Shown here piece after piece: positions 27,826 to 37,059 of a stretch of 64,000 nt of DNA (position 1 is the first letter of the stretch; each line of letters begins with the position of its first letter). Under the pieces are notes generated by a model. It was not told the origin of the DNA and made no database searches. It saw only the letters and a list, made by a program, of their open reading frames with translations. A program made the translations under genes and the position numbers. Origin of the DNA: Synergistaceae bacterium (GTDB lineage: Bacteria > Synergistota > Synergistia > Synergistales > Aminobacteriaceae); contig JAFSLR010000313.1 of assembly GCA_017448375.1 (NCBI GenBank), positions 2,873-66,872 of the forward strand, in the 5' to 3' direction.

Positions 27826-29922
27826 TTAGTTTCCCCTTTTTTCTGGCTTTATAAGCTCCATGACAACATTAACATTATTCCTGTCATTTTTCTTGAAGTC
27901 TCTGTTTCCGTGCGTAACAGAGTTTTCTATCTGTGAAATCTCATCGAGCTTATCCCAGCCCACAAGGCATACGTGTTTTCTTGCTTCTTCATCTTGTCTA
28001 GGTTTTATGTCAGAGCTACCGTGCTCTTGAATTTCGGTCTGCTGCTTTTTGAGCCGCTCAGTAAATTCATCTATCTCCATGACATCGTACCCGAATGTGT
28101 AATGGAAAGCACACCATCTTAGATGTTCGCTCTTTGCGAGATTCTCTTTTTGTATGGGCGTTAATGTATTTGTCCCTACCATTATTTTGCGTATCAGCGG
28201 TATCAAGTAATCGACACTTGCACGGTTGCTCATTCTGTGGAAATATGCACATTGTTTCCAGTCTTCACTTATGCTGTTTCCTTTATCTTTATTGTAATGA
28301 TGGTTAAGCTCCATAGCGTACCTGTCAAGTTCTCCCGAATAAAGCAAATCTGAGTCATATATCGAGTATGTTTCGCATTCCTGTGCAGAGATAGAATAAC
28401 ACCTTACGCTTTTTGAATCACAAGTGTATACATTCTGCGGATGCCCCATAGCGTGGAGACGGTCAGCCATACGTATAGCTATATTCCTTGCAGTATCTCT
28501 GTCTTCAAGGCATATAACTATATATTTTAGCTTTGAGGCGTGTTCCTGAAGGTATTTGAAGCATTCTCCGCTCCTTATGTCGTACTGTTCAAAACCGATA
28601 TCGGCATCGGGCGTTGCAAACATTTTAGAGTACTGCGATCTTACGAAGCCTGTTTTGTCGCCATGTTTAGGATCGAATATCGTAATTTTTAGATTGCTTC
28701 CCTCAAAACGCCCGTTAGCAAGAACTTTCCGCAATACTTCATGACCGATACGCCCGAAACCGCCTATAAGAACCTCTATATCCTCAGTAGCGCATCCGTC
28801 CTTATCGAAATTTATGAAATTGCACAAAGGATATTTATATATCAGGAGGCGGGCATTCATTTCGTACTCGTCAAAGGAAATTACTCTCCCGTAGCCGTAT
28901 TGCTTCTTGTCTGACTGAAAGAGCATCCCTTTTTCTTCATCAGCACCAAGTAGCACTAGTTCTGTCTGTTCAGGGGGTATACCTTCTTTTTTGAGAGTGG
29001 CAGACATCTTGCGTGCGTACTGAAGATTTCTGTCGTAATCCTCCGATAGAGTATAAAGTCTCAGCTTCATATTCTTCTTCCCGATGTGAATTTCTTTCAG
29101 GAATGATGTGGTAGCTTTTAACGCATCTGCACCTGAATACACGAGTCCGCCAAGATTTTGTATTGAAGCCTCATAATTTTCACAGACCATGTTGTCTACA
29201 TATACAAGCAGGTTATCTCCAGTATTTGTGATATTTCTGCTAAATGCGAGAGAGGTTGCATTGATGCCGAACACTAAATCTACACTGGAGACTTGTGTTT
29301 TTGTTCTGACCCACTTAAGCAGGTTATCTCCAAAACGTATAAGCAGTGTGCTTACAGCGGTAAGAAAAGCAATGAGATGAAGTAACCAGAACACAAGAAC
29401 GAGCGGCGGGTATTTAGCTTCCGGCAAACTGAAAAAGACATCAGCATTACCGCGACCATAAAACATCCAGCCTACATCCATGACAGAACTTATGATTACG
29501 TAAAAAACTTTATAGAACCAAGAAGCCTCCTTTGCCCAGACTAGGGAATCGTTTTTTGACAAGCCTAGCTCTAAGCCTCTATAGTGGCAGTAGAAATAGA
29601 AGATCATGCCTCCAAAGAACATCAAAACAAATGCCCATTTCAGTAGGTTTGTTCTTCCATTGGGATACTTTGATATAAGTATTATCAGCTCTGGGAGAAG
29701 AACAATGGAAAGGATACATGCCACAGCAATCTGGAAAGCTCCGTAATGCATAAAACCCATTAAAAGAGTTTCTGCGATAACCATGGAATAGAATGCTACT
29801 TTCAGTGACTTTACTCCATTGTATTTATATTTTAGTACGCAAAGTATAAGAACAATGAGTCCTCCTGATGCCGCTACAATATTGAGGTTATAAACCCGCG
29901 CTAAATCCCCGATATTATTCAT
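27826..29922 (-). CDS. Multi-pass membrane protein with two RCK/TrkA-N-like Rossmann modules and a C-terminal RyR-like repeat
   Basis: About 200 aa of hydrophobic helices. DLVFGINATSLAF.. (degenerate) and VLIGGFGRIGHEVLRKVL (GxGxxG). The C-terminal LAKSEHLRWCAFHYTFGY...KHVCLVGWDKLDE...DRNNVNVVMEL matches the bacterial RyR-domain pattern as I recall it. Confidence 0.55.
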   Translation of the reverse strand: MNNIGDLARVYNLNIVAASGGLIVLILCVLKYKYNGVKSLKVAFYSMVIAETLLMGFMHYGAFQIAVACILSIVLLPELIILISKYPNGRTNLLKWAFVLMFFGGMIFYFYCHYRGLELGLSKNDSLVWAKEASWFYKVFYVIISSVMDVGWMFYGRGNADVFFSLPEAKYPPLVLVFWLLHLIAFLTAVSTLLIRFGDNLLKWVRTKTQVSSVDLVFGINATSLAFSRNITNTGDNLLVYVDNMVCENYEASIQNLGGLVYSGADALKATTSFLKEIHIGKKNMKLRLYTLSEDYDRNLQYARKMSATLKKEGIPPEQTELVLLGADEEKGMLFQSDKKQYGYGRVISFDEYEMNARLLIYKYPLCNFINFDKDGCATEDIEVLIGGFGRIGHEVLRKVLANGRFEGSNLKITIFDPKHGDKTGFVRSQYSKMFATPDADIGFEQYDIRSGECFKYLQEHASKLKYIVICLEDRDTARNIAIRMADRLHAMGHPQNVYTCDSKSVRCYSISAQECETYSIYDSDLLYSGELDRYAMELNHHYNKDKGNSISEDWKQCAYFHRMSNRASVDYLIPLIRKIMVGTNTLTPIQKENLAKSEHLRWCAFHYTFGYDVMEIDEFTERLKKQQTEIQEHGSSDIKPRQDEEARKHVCLVGWDKLDEISQIENSVTHGNRDFKKNDRNNVNVVMELIKPEKRGN

Positions 29923-30050
29923 ACTCTACACTGTCCCTTTACGAAAAATTATTTTGTGCGTATTGAAATTTATTATACATTGGACGTCGAAAATTGAATA
30001 CATGCTGTATAATAAAAACCATAATAAAATAAAATTAGGAAGTATTAGCG

Positions 30051-30188
30051 ATGTCAAAACTTACATACAAGACGAAGGGCAATTCCTCCCCGCAGGGAAA
30101 ACCCAGAGTTTTCTTCTCATGTAATCCGAAAGATTTTGAATATTATATCGTTTTGTCGACAGATAGTAGAAAGCGGTCAGGAAAATGA
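30051..30188 (+). pseudogene. 45-codon stub resembling the N-terminus of a TIR-like protein (possible remnant)
   Basis: MSKLTYKTKGNSSPQGKPRVFFSCNPKDFEYY.. then a stop. Another frame continues ..DIVESGQENDFKECLNRIKSF. Looks like a deletion-scarred gene. Confidence 0.3.
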
Positions 30189-30453
30189 TTTCAAGGAGTG
30201 CTTGAACCGAATAAAAAGTTTTACCCGATACCAGAGAAGAGCCTTAGAACCTGTTCAGTATCCCATGGAAACGTAATATAATCTTCTTATTTATGGAGTT
30301 CATCTGAAATTTAATTTAAGGAGGTGGATAAACGTGGGATGAACATATACATTTTAAGTTTTTTAGCTATAATAAATTATAATGCAAAAACGAGTAGCAG
30401 TAACTGTACGGAATAGTCATTCTAAAAGTGCTGTTTTTCTGTGTATTTGCTGA

Positions 30454-33400
30454 TTGCTCTTTGCACAAAAAGCAAATTTGAATAAAGAAGGATTAAAAAA
30501 GAAGGAATCAATCATTAAACAGAAATATTACGCATTTATAAGTTACAGTCATAAAGATCAAAAAATAGCGAAGAAACTTCAAACAAGATTACAGCATTAT
30601 CACCTTCCAACATCGTTGCGAAAAGCGAATCCAGATTTACCGAAGAATCTTCGCCCAATTTTTATTGATGAATCGAATCTCGTTGGTAGTGTTTTGAAGG
30701 AAGCGCTTCAGAATAATCTTAGTCAGTCGAAGTACCTGATTCTGATTTGCTCGCCGAACAGTGCGAAATCTGAATATGTGAACGATGAGGTCAGATACTT
30801 CATAGAGAATGGCAAGGGTGACAGAATTATTCCGTTGATTGTAGATGGTGTGCCACATTCTGAACGTGAATGCTTTCCGCCGGCACTTCTCGAACTTCCC
30901 AGAGAACGTGAACTACTTGGGATCGATTTGAAAAAATTTGGAGTTCGTGGGGCATTCCTTCGAGTGATAGCGACAATGCTGGGACTTGATTTGGATAATT
31001 TCGTTTCGTATGAGGATCGGATCAGAAGGAAACGAAGCATGATCTTAACCTCTATCGCAGCAGCGATTATGTTTTTTGCTGGATTCTTAATCTGGCAGAA
31101 TGTCCCCCACACGCACTATTATCGAACGTATGTCTACCGTTGGGAAAAACCAATCGGATTATTCGAAGTAGAATCCGAAGCTGCTCGTAAAAGAATGGCG
31201 TACACTTACAAATTCACAACTTTGAAGGGAGAAGTTCAGAAGATTGAGCGCATAAATTCAGCCGGAGTTCTGGTTAATCCGTTAAATCCTACACCGCTTC
31301 TCGAACCAGCCAAAGTTGAATTTCGTCCGGATAGTTCAGTCGATTATTTTGACATTTACGGACACAGAATTTACAGGAAAAGACATTTGAGTATGAGAGT
31401 TGTCGATTTTTATTGTGGAAAATATAGTGAAATTCCTTACGCTTTTCAGTTCGATAATCTTAGTGTTCTTGATTCGGAGTTAGAAGATCCCGGAACCAAT
31501 GGGGGGCGAGAGAATATAGATACAGGAAATATTATCCGTATGACACTTGAATTTGATGATAACGGTTACATAGTCAAGCAAATTTTCCGTCGTACTGCTG
31601 AGAGTGGCAAGGACAAACGCGGTTTTTTCACTCGCGATAAAAAGGGCAGATGGGGGTTGGGTTATACAGTTGATGAACTCGGAAGAATCACAGCAATTCA
31701 CAATTTAAACTTGAAATGGGAAATTATGCCGATTCAGGGGATTTATACTCAGAAATTCGACTATGAAAATTCTCCGTATCCTGTGAAAATTTCATATGCT
31801 GGTAAAGACGGTGAACCTGTTGAGGGCGAGGATGGGTACGCATTTACGACCGTAAGTTATGATGAGTATTTCAATGCCGTCAAAGTGTCAAATTTTGATA
31901 CTGATGGAAAGCTCACCACAGATATTTCTGAAACACGCTACACCTATGATACAAACGGCTTCAGAACTTCAGAAAGCTATTACGATGCGAATCTCGAACC
32001 TATTCTTGTCAGAGAGGGCTATTTCTGCGTTAAATTTACAAATGACACAAATGGTAGAATTATTAGAGGTTCTTACTATAACACCAAAAACGAAAAAACC
32101 GTATGTTTAAGTGGATACGCAGAGTTTGTTCGTAAGCTCAACGAAAATGGTCAGCTTTTGCTAGAGACTTATTATGATGTTGAAGGAAATTCAGTTGCAA
32201 ATTACCACAATAATATTGTATACGCTTGCAAGATCACTTATGAAAATGGATTTATTCATAAAATCGAAAATTTGGATCAAAATGGGAATCTAACGCTCAA
32301 CGACGAAGATTTTGGCTATGCATCACAAATAAGGACGTATGACACTGACGATGATAAGATCGTTGGAATAACTTATCTTGACACGGAAGGCAACAAAATT
32401 CTTATATCAGACGGGTTCTCTGAAGGATTTGCCGAGATACGTTACACATATGATACAGGCAACATAACCAGCGTATCGTTCTATGGCGATAAAGGAGAGG
32501 CAGTTTGTGTATATGATACTGCAAAAACAGTTTATGAGTGGGAAAACGGGAGTATGATTTCCGTTAAATTTTTCGGAACAGATGGGAACCCTGCTATAGC
32601 CAGGGGGTACTCCAAAGCTGAATATGAGTACGACGAGAATGGTCTGCAAATCTGGGAGCGATATTATGGAGTGAACGGCGAACGTGTAAATACCACATTT
32701 GCACGTGAAGCACTTCCTGGTGTTGATGGGCGTTCTGCAATCAAACACACTTATGATTCAGATGGAAATGAACTGACTTATGAAGAATTTGACGCAAACG
32801 ATAATTCTATCTCATTCAGCGTTATGAATATAAGTGATGAAGCTGAAAAGGTTGAGTGGCTCAGAAATGCTGCTGAACAAGGCGACGCGCGAGCGCAATA
32901 TACTCTCGGTGAGATGTATCACGGGGGGCTGAGTGTTGAGAAAAAATATGTTGAAGCTGCAAAGTGGTTCAGGAAAGCTGCTGAACAGGGGTACGCATAC
33001 GCACAATTTAATCTTGGCAATATGTATTACAACGGTGAAGGTGTCAAGAAAAATAAATCTGAAGCTGTAAAGTGGTTCAGAAAAGCTGCAGATCAGGGCT
33101 ATGCCTATGCACAATTCAATCTTGGTAATATGTATTACAACGGTGAAGGTATCAAGAAAAACAAATCTGAAGCTGCAAAATGGTTTAGAAAAGCTGCCGA
33201 ACAAGGAGATGCGGAAGCACAATTTAATCTTGGCGATATGTATTACAATGGTGATGGCGTCAAGAAAAATAAATCCGAAGCGGTCAAGTGGTTTAAGGAA
33301 GCTGCATTACGAGAAGATAACGATGCGCAGTATACTCTTGGAGTAATGTATTACAATGGTGAAGGTGTTGTGCAAAATAAACCTGAAGCTGTTGAATGGT

Positions 33401-33516
33401 TCACAAAGGCTGCAGAAGGCGGTGTTTCTGAAGCAGTCGAATGGCTCAGGAAAGCATCTAAACAAGGAGTTATCGAGGCTCAAAACGCGCTCAAAGAACT
33501 GGGCGAAACTTGGTAA
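30454..33516 (+). CDS. TIR - transmembrane helix - YD/RHS-like repeat - Sel1-repeat protein (1020 aa)
   Basis: YAFISYSHKDQ.. and SEYVNDEVRYF (TIR). TM helix MILTSIAAAIMFFAGFLIW. Repeated Y.YD..G units (RYTYDTNGF, EYEYDENGL, HTYDSDGNE). Six or more Sel1 units at the C-terminus. TTG start is uncertain. Confidence 0.8.
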   Translation: MLFAQKANLNKEGLKKKESIIKQKYYAFISYSHKDQKIAKKLQTRLQHYHLPTSLRKANPDLPKNLRPIFIDESNLVGSVLKEALQNNLSQSKYLILICSPNSAKSEYVNDEVRYFIENGKGDRIIPLIVDGVPHSERECFPPALLELPRERELLGIDLKKFGVRGAFLRVIATMLGLDLDNFVSYEDRIRRKRSMILTSIAAAIMFFAGFLIWQNVPHTHYYRTYVYRWEKPIGLFEVESEAARKRMAYTYKFTTLKGEVQKIERINSAGVLVNPLNPTPLLEPAKVEFRPDSSVDYFDIYGHRIYRKRHLSMRVVDFYCGKYSEIPYAFQFDNLSVLDSELEDPGTNGGRENIDTGNIIRMTLEFDDNGYIVKQIFRRTAESGKDKRGFFTRDKKGRWGLGYTVDELGRITAIHNLNLKWEIMPIQGIYTQKFDYENSPYPVKISYAGKDGEPVEGEDGYAFTTVSYDEYFNAVKVSNFDTDGKLTTDISETRYTYDTNGFRTSESYYDANLEPILVREGYFCVKFTNDTNGRIIRGSYYNTKNEKTVCLSGYAEFVRKLNENGQLLLETYYDVEGNSVANYHNNIVYACKITYENGFIHKIENLDQNGNLTLNDEDFGYASQIRTYDTDDDKIVGITYLDTEGNKILISDGFSEGFAEIRYTYDTGNITSVSFYGDKGEAVCVYDTAKTVYEWENGSMISVKFFGTDGNPAIARGYSKAEYEYDENGLQIWERYYGVNGERVNTTFAREALPGVDGRSAIKHTYDSDGNELTYEEFDANDNSISFSVMNISDEAEKVEWLRNAAEQGDARAQYTLGEMYHGGLSVEKKYVEAAKWFRKAAEQGYAYAQFNLGNMYYNGEGVKKNKSEAVKWFRKAADQGYAYAQFNLGNMYYNGEGIKKNKSEAAKWFRKAAEQGDAEAQFNLGDMYYNGDGVKKNKSEAVKWFKEAALREDNDAQYTLGVMYYNGEGVVQNKPEAVEWFTKAAEGGVSEAVEWLRKASKQGVIEAQNALKELGETW
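32850..33480 (+). repeat. Tandem ~108-nt coding repeats (Sel1 units) with high nucleotide identity
   Basis: Successive units read ..AVKWFRKAA(E/D)QG(Y/D)A(Y/E)AQFNLG(N/D)MYYNG(E/D)G(V/I)KKNKSEA.. with near-identical DNA. Confidence 0.8.
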
Positions 33517-33571
33517 ATCATAAAAAATGAAAATCAAAAAGTGACTGTAAAATAGTTTGCGTAAATGGTGA

Positions 33572-33796
33572 ATACTAAGAATTATCGAAGGAGCCTTAAA
33601 GTGTGAAGTAGTTCCAGTGAATGACCTTATCGCCTTCAAAGCAGCCGAGATACGGAGCTGCTATGAAGCATTCAAACAAATGGACGCATTGCAGTTAGCG
33701 ACGGCGATCGTTTCAGGGGCGAATGTGTTTTACACAAACGATGAACAGCTTTTGCAGTTTCGGGAGATAGCGGTAAGCCCGTTTGAAAGGGCTTAG
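33572..33796 (+). pseudogene. PIN-domain (VapC-like) toxin fragment, C-terminal part only
   Basis: My translation: ..VVPVNDLIAFKAAEIRSCYEAFKQMDALQLATAIVSGANVFYTNDEQLLQF.. then a stop at 33794-33796. The frame opens after a TGA at 33569. It has no start and lacks the N-terminal acidic residues. Confidence 0.6.
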
Positions 33797-33934
33797 TATC
33801 CTCTCAACATCTCCCCCAATCTTTTATTACTTGTTTTTGACAGTCTCCTTCTTGAGAATATTTTGCTATAATACTTTATGTTTCAGTTTATAGTTTATTT
33901 AAAGTAGTGTTCAGAAAATTTTAGGAGGTGTAAC

Positions 33935-36760
33935 ATGAGAAAGTATGGCATTGTGATAATGGTGATGTTTGTGCTTGCGGTGAGTTCGTGCGCATGGGCC
34001 GATAAACTTTTTGATTGTCCGATAAAGAATGTTCCTGCGAGTATTTCTTGCCTATATGGAGATGCAGGTTATAAGGGGCACACCGGCTATGATTTAAAAG
34101 CTGATTACGGTACTCCTATATACGCGCTGTTTGACGGTAAAGTTACGTACAGGGTGATTTACAGCGACAGAAAAAATGATGAGAAATACCATTCATGGAG
34201 CTATGGGAATGTCTTAGAGCTTACGAGCGATGGGGTGATTGAAGGGAATAGATATTCAATGCTTGTTGCGCACCTGAGTGAGTTTGACGGGAAAAGATAT
34301 ACTGTCCCATCTACAATAGATGGAATTGAACTCATCTGTGATCATGATGATGTTGCTGACAGAGGGTCTTATGACGGTGTCCCTAAAAAATGGATATGTG
34401 AAGAAGGTATGCCAGTCAAGAAGGGGCAACTGATAGGTTATTCTGGTAACTGTGGGAACTCAACAGGGGATCACCTTCATATTGAAATAAGAGTGAATGG
34501 GAGATTAGTTGATCCAGATGGCTACATATCTAGAGAACGTTTTGTAGGAGAATATGTAGAGTCTGTGAAAATAGATGAAGATAACTTTCCGGATGAGAAA
34601 TTTCGCGCAGCATTATTAAATCGATATGACCCTAATCATGACGGCATATTAACTGGAGAGGAAATAGAAAATATCAATAGCTTATTTATTGAGTTAGAGG
34701 GCATATCTAATCTCAAAGGAATTGAATACTTCACGGTCCTTAAAGGGCTTTTCTGCGATCAGAATCTGCTAACGGAATTAGATGTCAGCAAAAATACAGC
34801 TCTTGAGCAACTTAATTGTGATAATAACCAGTTAAGGGTTCTTGATGTTGGCAATAATACTGCTCTTAGAATCCTTTACTGCCATAACAATCAGCTTGTA
34901 TCACTTGATGTAAGCGGCTGTTCAGATCTGCAATATCTGTATTGCAATAGTAATCAATTAACCGCACTAGATTTGAGCGGCTGTAATGCTCTGAAGCATA
35001 TCGAGTGTAATAAGAACCAGTTGACAACACTGGATATAGATGGTTGTTCTAAACTGCAAGAGCTGGACTGTTCAAGTAACAAGCTGACTACGCTTGATTT
35101 TGGTAGCCAGATGTACAGAGACAGTTGTACCAATCTTTTAGAGTTAAATTGCTCTAATAACCAGTTAAACGATCTGGATATGGGTAGTTGTCATGCTCTT
35201 CAAACTCTTACATGCTCATATAATACATTAACCACTCTTAATTTGAGTGGTTGTAAGCATTTATATAGTATTACCTGTGATCATAATCTGCTGACTGTAA
35301 TTGATATAACTAGCTACCCACAGGCAATTGTGTTTTGTGATGAGGGTGTTAACGTAATTCGTGAATCTAAGCCCAAAATCACCACGACATCTCCTGATGA
35401 TGCGGTATTGGGTATGCTGTATTCCTTCCAGCTTACAGCAACAGGCTCTGATACTATAACGTGGACATATACAGGAACCATTCCTGAAGGTCTTAATTTT
35501 AGTGCATCAGGTCTCATTATCGGAATACCAACTAAAGCGCAAACGTGTACCTTTGTTGTGAAGGCATTAAACAGTTATGGTGAAGATACAAAAGAGTTGA
35601 CGCTAACAGTATCATCTTCATCTCCTATTAGTATCACCACATCTAGCCTCAAAACCGGAACAATCGGGAAGTCCTACAGTGTAACGCTCAAAGGCAAAGG
35701 AACAAAGCCACTCACGTGGTCAGCAGAGGGGCTTCCCAATGGTCTCAAGTTCAGCGAGAAGGGAAAAATCTCCGGCAAACCGATAGAGTTCGGGACGTTT
35801 AATGTGAAGTTTACACTCTCGAATGGTGCAGGGAGTACTACGAAGGAATTACCGCTTACGATCAAAGGTATTCCGCCGAAGATTTCCGGCAGTCTCGCAA
35901 AAGCTGAACTTAATGTGCCCTACTCTTCCGGTTTAAGACTCACGAAGGGAAGTCAGCCTATCACGTGGAGTGTAACAGGGAATCTTCCTGAAGGACTCTC
36001 ATTCGACGCATCAACAGGAATCATCTCAGGTACCCCAGAGTCCTACAAGAGTTCAGGCTTCAAACTCACAATAACAGCTTCCAATGGTGCTGTGGAGAAG
36101 TCGAAGTCTGTGAAGCTCAAGGTTAAGGGAACGAAGCCCAAGATCACAACTAGCCTGCCGAACGCAACGGTAGGACAGCCATATACAGCTGCTCTAACCG
36201 CAACAGGAAGTGAGCCAATCACATGGACAGCGACGAATCTTCCTGAAGGTCTCAGCCTTAATGGGGATACAATTTCTGGCACACCAACTGGAGCGGCGAA
36301 GTCCTATAAGGTGAAGCTAGTGGCGAAAAATCCTGTGAAGTCCGTCAAGAAGACTGTGACTCTCAAGGTCAACGCAGCATCTGCCCAAAGTGCCCCCGTA
36401 ACGTCTCAGGGAGACGAGGAGTTGTATTCATTCGGCGAGTATTCGCCACTTCCAGAGTTGAAGCTCACGCCAGAGTTGGAACTCACGAAGGGGTATACCG
36501 TTGTTGCGGAGCTTGGAACAATATCGGCTGACGAAGCTGGAATGTACGAGTTCGATGTAGTGTTGAGCGATAACGCCCCAGAGGGAGCGGAATTAGTGTA
36601 TATCGCCAATTCTGACAATCCTTCGGAGGACGATGAGATAGTGGAGTTCTATGATGAAACTGGAGCAGAGACCACAGTAGTTCCCGAAAACCGAAACATT
36701 ACTGTGTCGATATGGCTGAACGAAGGAGTAATTTACTCTCCAGTTATAGCAGTGAAATAA
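33935..36760 (+). CDS. Secreted M23 (LytM-type) metallopeptidase - leucine-rich repeat - multiple Ig-like (He_PIG-like) domain surface protein
   Basis: Signal peptide. HTGYDLKADYGTPIYALFDG and GDHLHIEI (M23 HxxxD/HxH). About 10 LRR units (L..LD.S.C..L..L.C..NQLT.LD). Five repeats of ..ITW...G.LPEGL.F....G.ISG.P. Confidence 0.85.
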   Translation: MRKYGIVIMVMFVLAVSSCAWADKLFDCPIKNVPASISCLYGDAGYKGHTGYDLKADYGTPIYALFDGKVTYRVIYSDRKNDEKYHSWSYGNVLELTSDGVIEGNRYSMLVAHLSEFDGKRYTVPSTIDGIELICDHDDVADRGSYDGVPKKWICEEGMPVKKGQLIGYSGNCGNSTGDHLHIEIRVNGRLVDPDGYISRERFVGEYVESVKIDEDNFPDEKFRAALLNRYDPNHDGILTGEEIENINSLFIELEGISNLKGIEYFTVLKGLFCDQNLLTELDVSKNTALEQLNCDNNQLRVLDVGNNTALRILYCHNNQLVSLDVSGCSDLQYLYCNSNQLTALDLSGCNALKHIECNKNQLTTLDIDGCSKLQELDCSSNKLTTLDFGSQMYRDSCTNLLELNCSNNQLNDLDMGSCHALQTLTCSYNTLTTLNLSGCKHLYSITCDHNLLTVIDITSYPQAIVFCDEGVNVIRESKPKITTTSPDDAVLGMLYSFQLTATGSDTITWTYTGTIPEGLNFSASGLIIGIPTKAQTCTFVVKALNSYGEDTKELTLTVSSSSPISITTSSLKTGTIGKSYSVTLKGKGTKPLTWSAEGLPNGLKFSEKGKISGKPIEFGTFNVKFTLSNGAGSTTKELPLTIKGIPPKISGSLAKAELNVPYSSGLRLTKGSQPITWSVTGNLPEGLSFDASTGIISGTPESYKSSGFKLTITASNGAVEKSKSVKLKVKGTKPKITTSLPNATVGQPYTAALTATGSEPITWTATNLPEGLSLNGDTISGTPTGAAKSYKVKLVAKNPVKSVKKTVTLKVNAASAQSAPVTSQGDEELYSFGEYSPLPELKLTPELELTKGYTVVAELGTISADEAGMYEFDVVLSDNAPEGAELVYIANSDNPSEDDEIVEFYDETGAETTVVPENRNITVSIWLNEGVIYSPVIAVK

Positions 36761-36763
36761 ATT

Positions 36764-36795
36764 CTGCCCTGCTCTATTCCAGCAGGGCAGTTTTT
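36764..36795 (+). terminator. Rho-independent terminator
   Basis: A perfect 10-bp stem ctgccctgct/agcagggcag with a 7-nt loop, followed by TTTTT, 4 nt after the stop of the 33935 gene. Confidence 0.85.
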
Positions 36796-36915
36796 AAGTC
36801 TTATCTGTCGTTCTCTTACCGACCAGCTAAAGAATAATTATCCTTCACCTGCGACAGCGAAGATGAGCACACTTATCGGAAGAAGTGATAAAGGGGAGTC
36901 CTTGCTCAACTGAAT

Positions 36916-37059
36916 GTTATTGCCGAATATCTCATGTAGTCTTTTCGGGAGCTAGCAAATGCTGAATTGAGCGGTGCTGAATGGTGCTGAAATAGCGTTG
37001 CAGGGAATACGATTGTAGGATAGCTCCCTCAAAGCCAACATTCAATATTCGGCAATAAC
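36916..37059. repeat. Long imperfect inverted repeat (about 39-nt arms, 66-nt centre)
   Basis: gttattgccgaatat (36916-36930) is the exact reverse complement of atattcggcaataac (37045-37059). Pairing continues inward with mismatches to gggagcta/tagctccc (36947-36954 / 37021-37028). Confidence 0.7.

Noticed and set aside
32850-33480. Regularly spaced repeats that could be mistaken for a CRISPR-like array
   Set aside because: The repeats are contiguous 108-nt units in frame within a long ORF and encode Sel1 motifs. There are no unique spacers.
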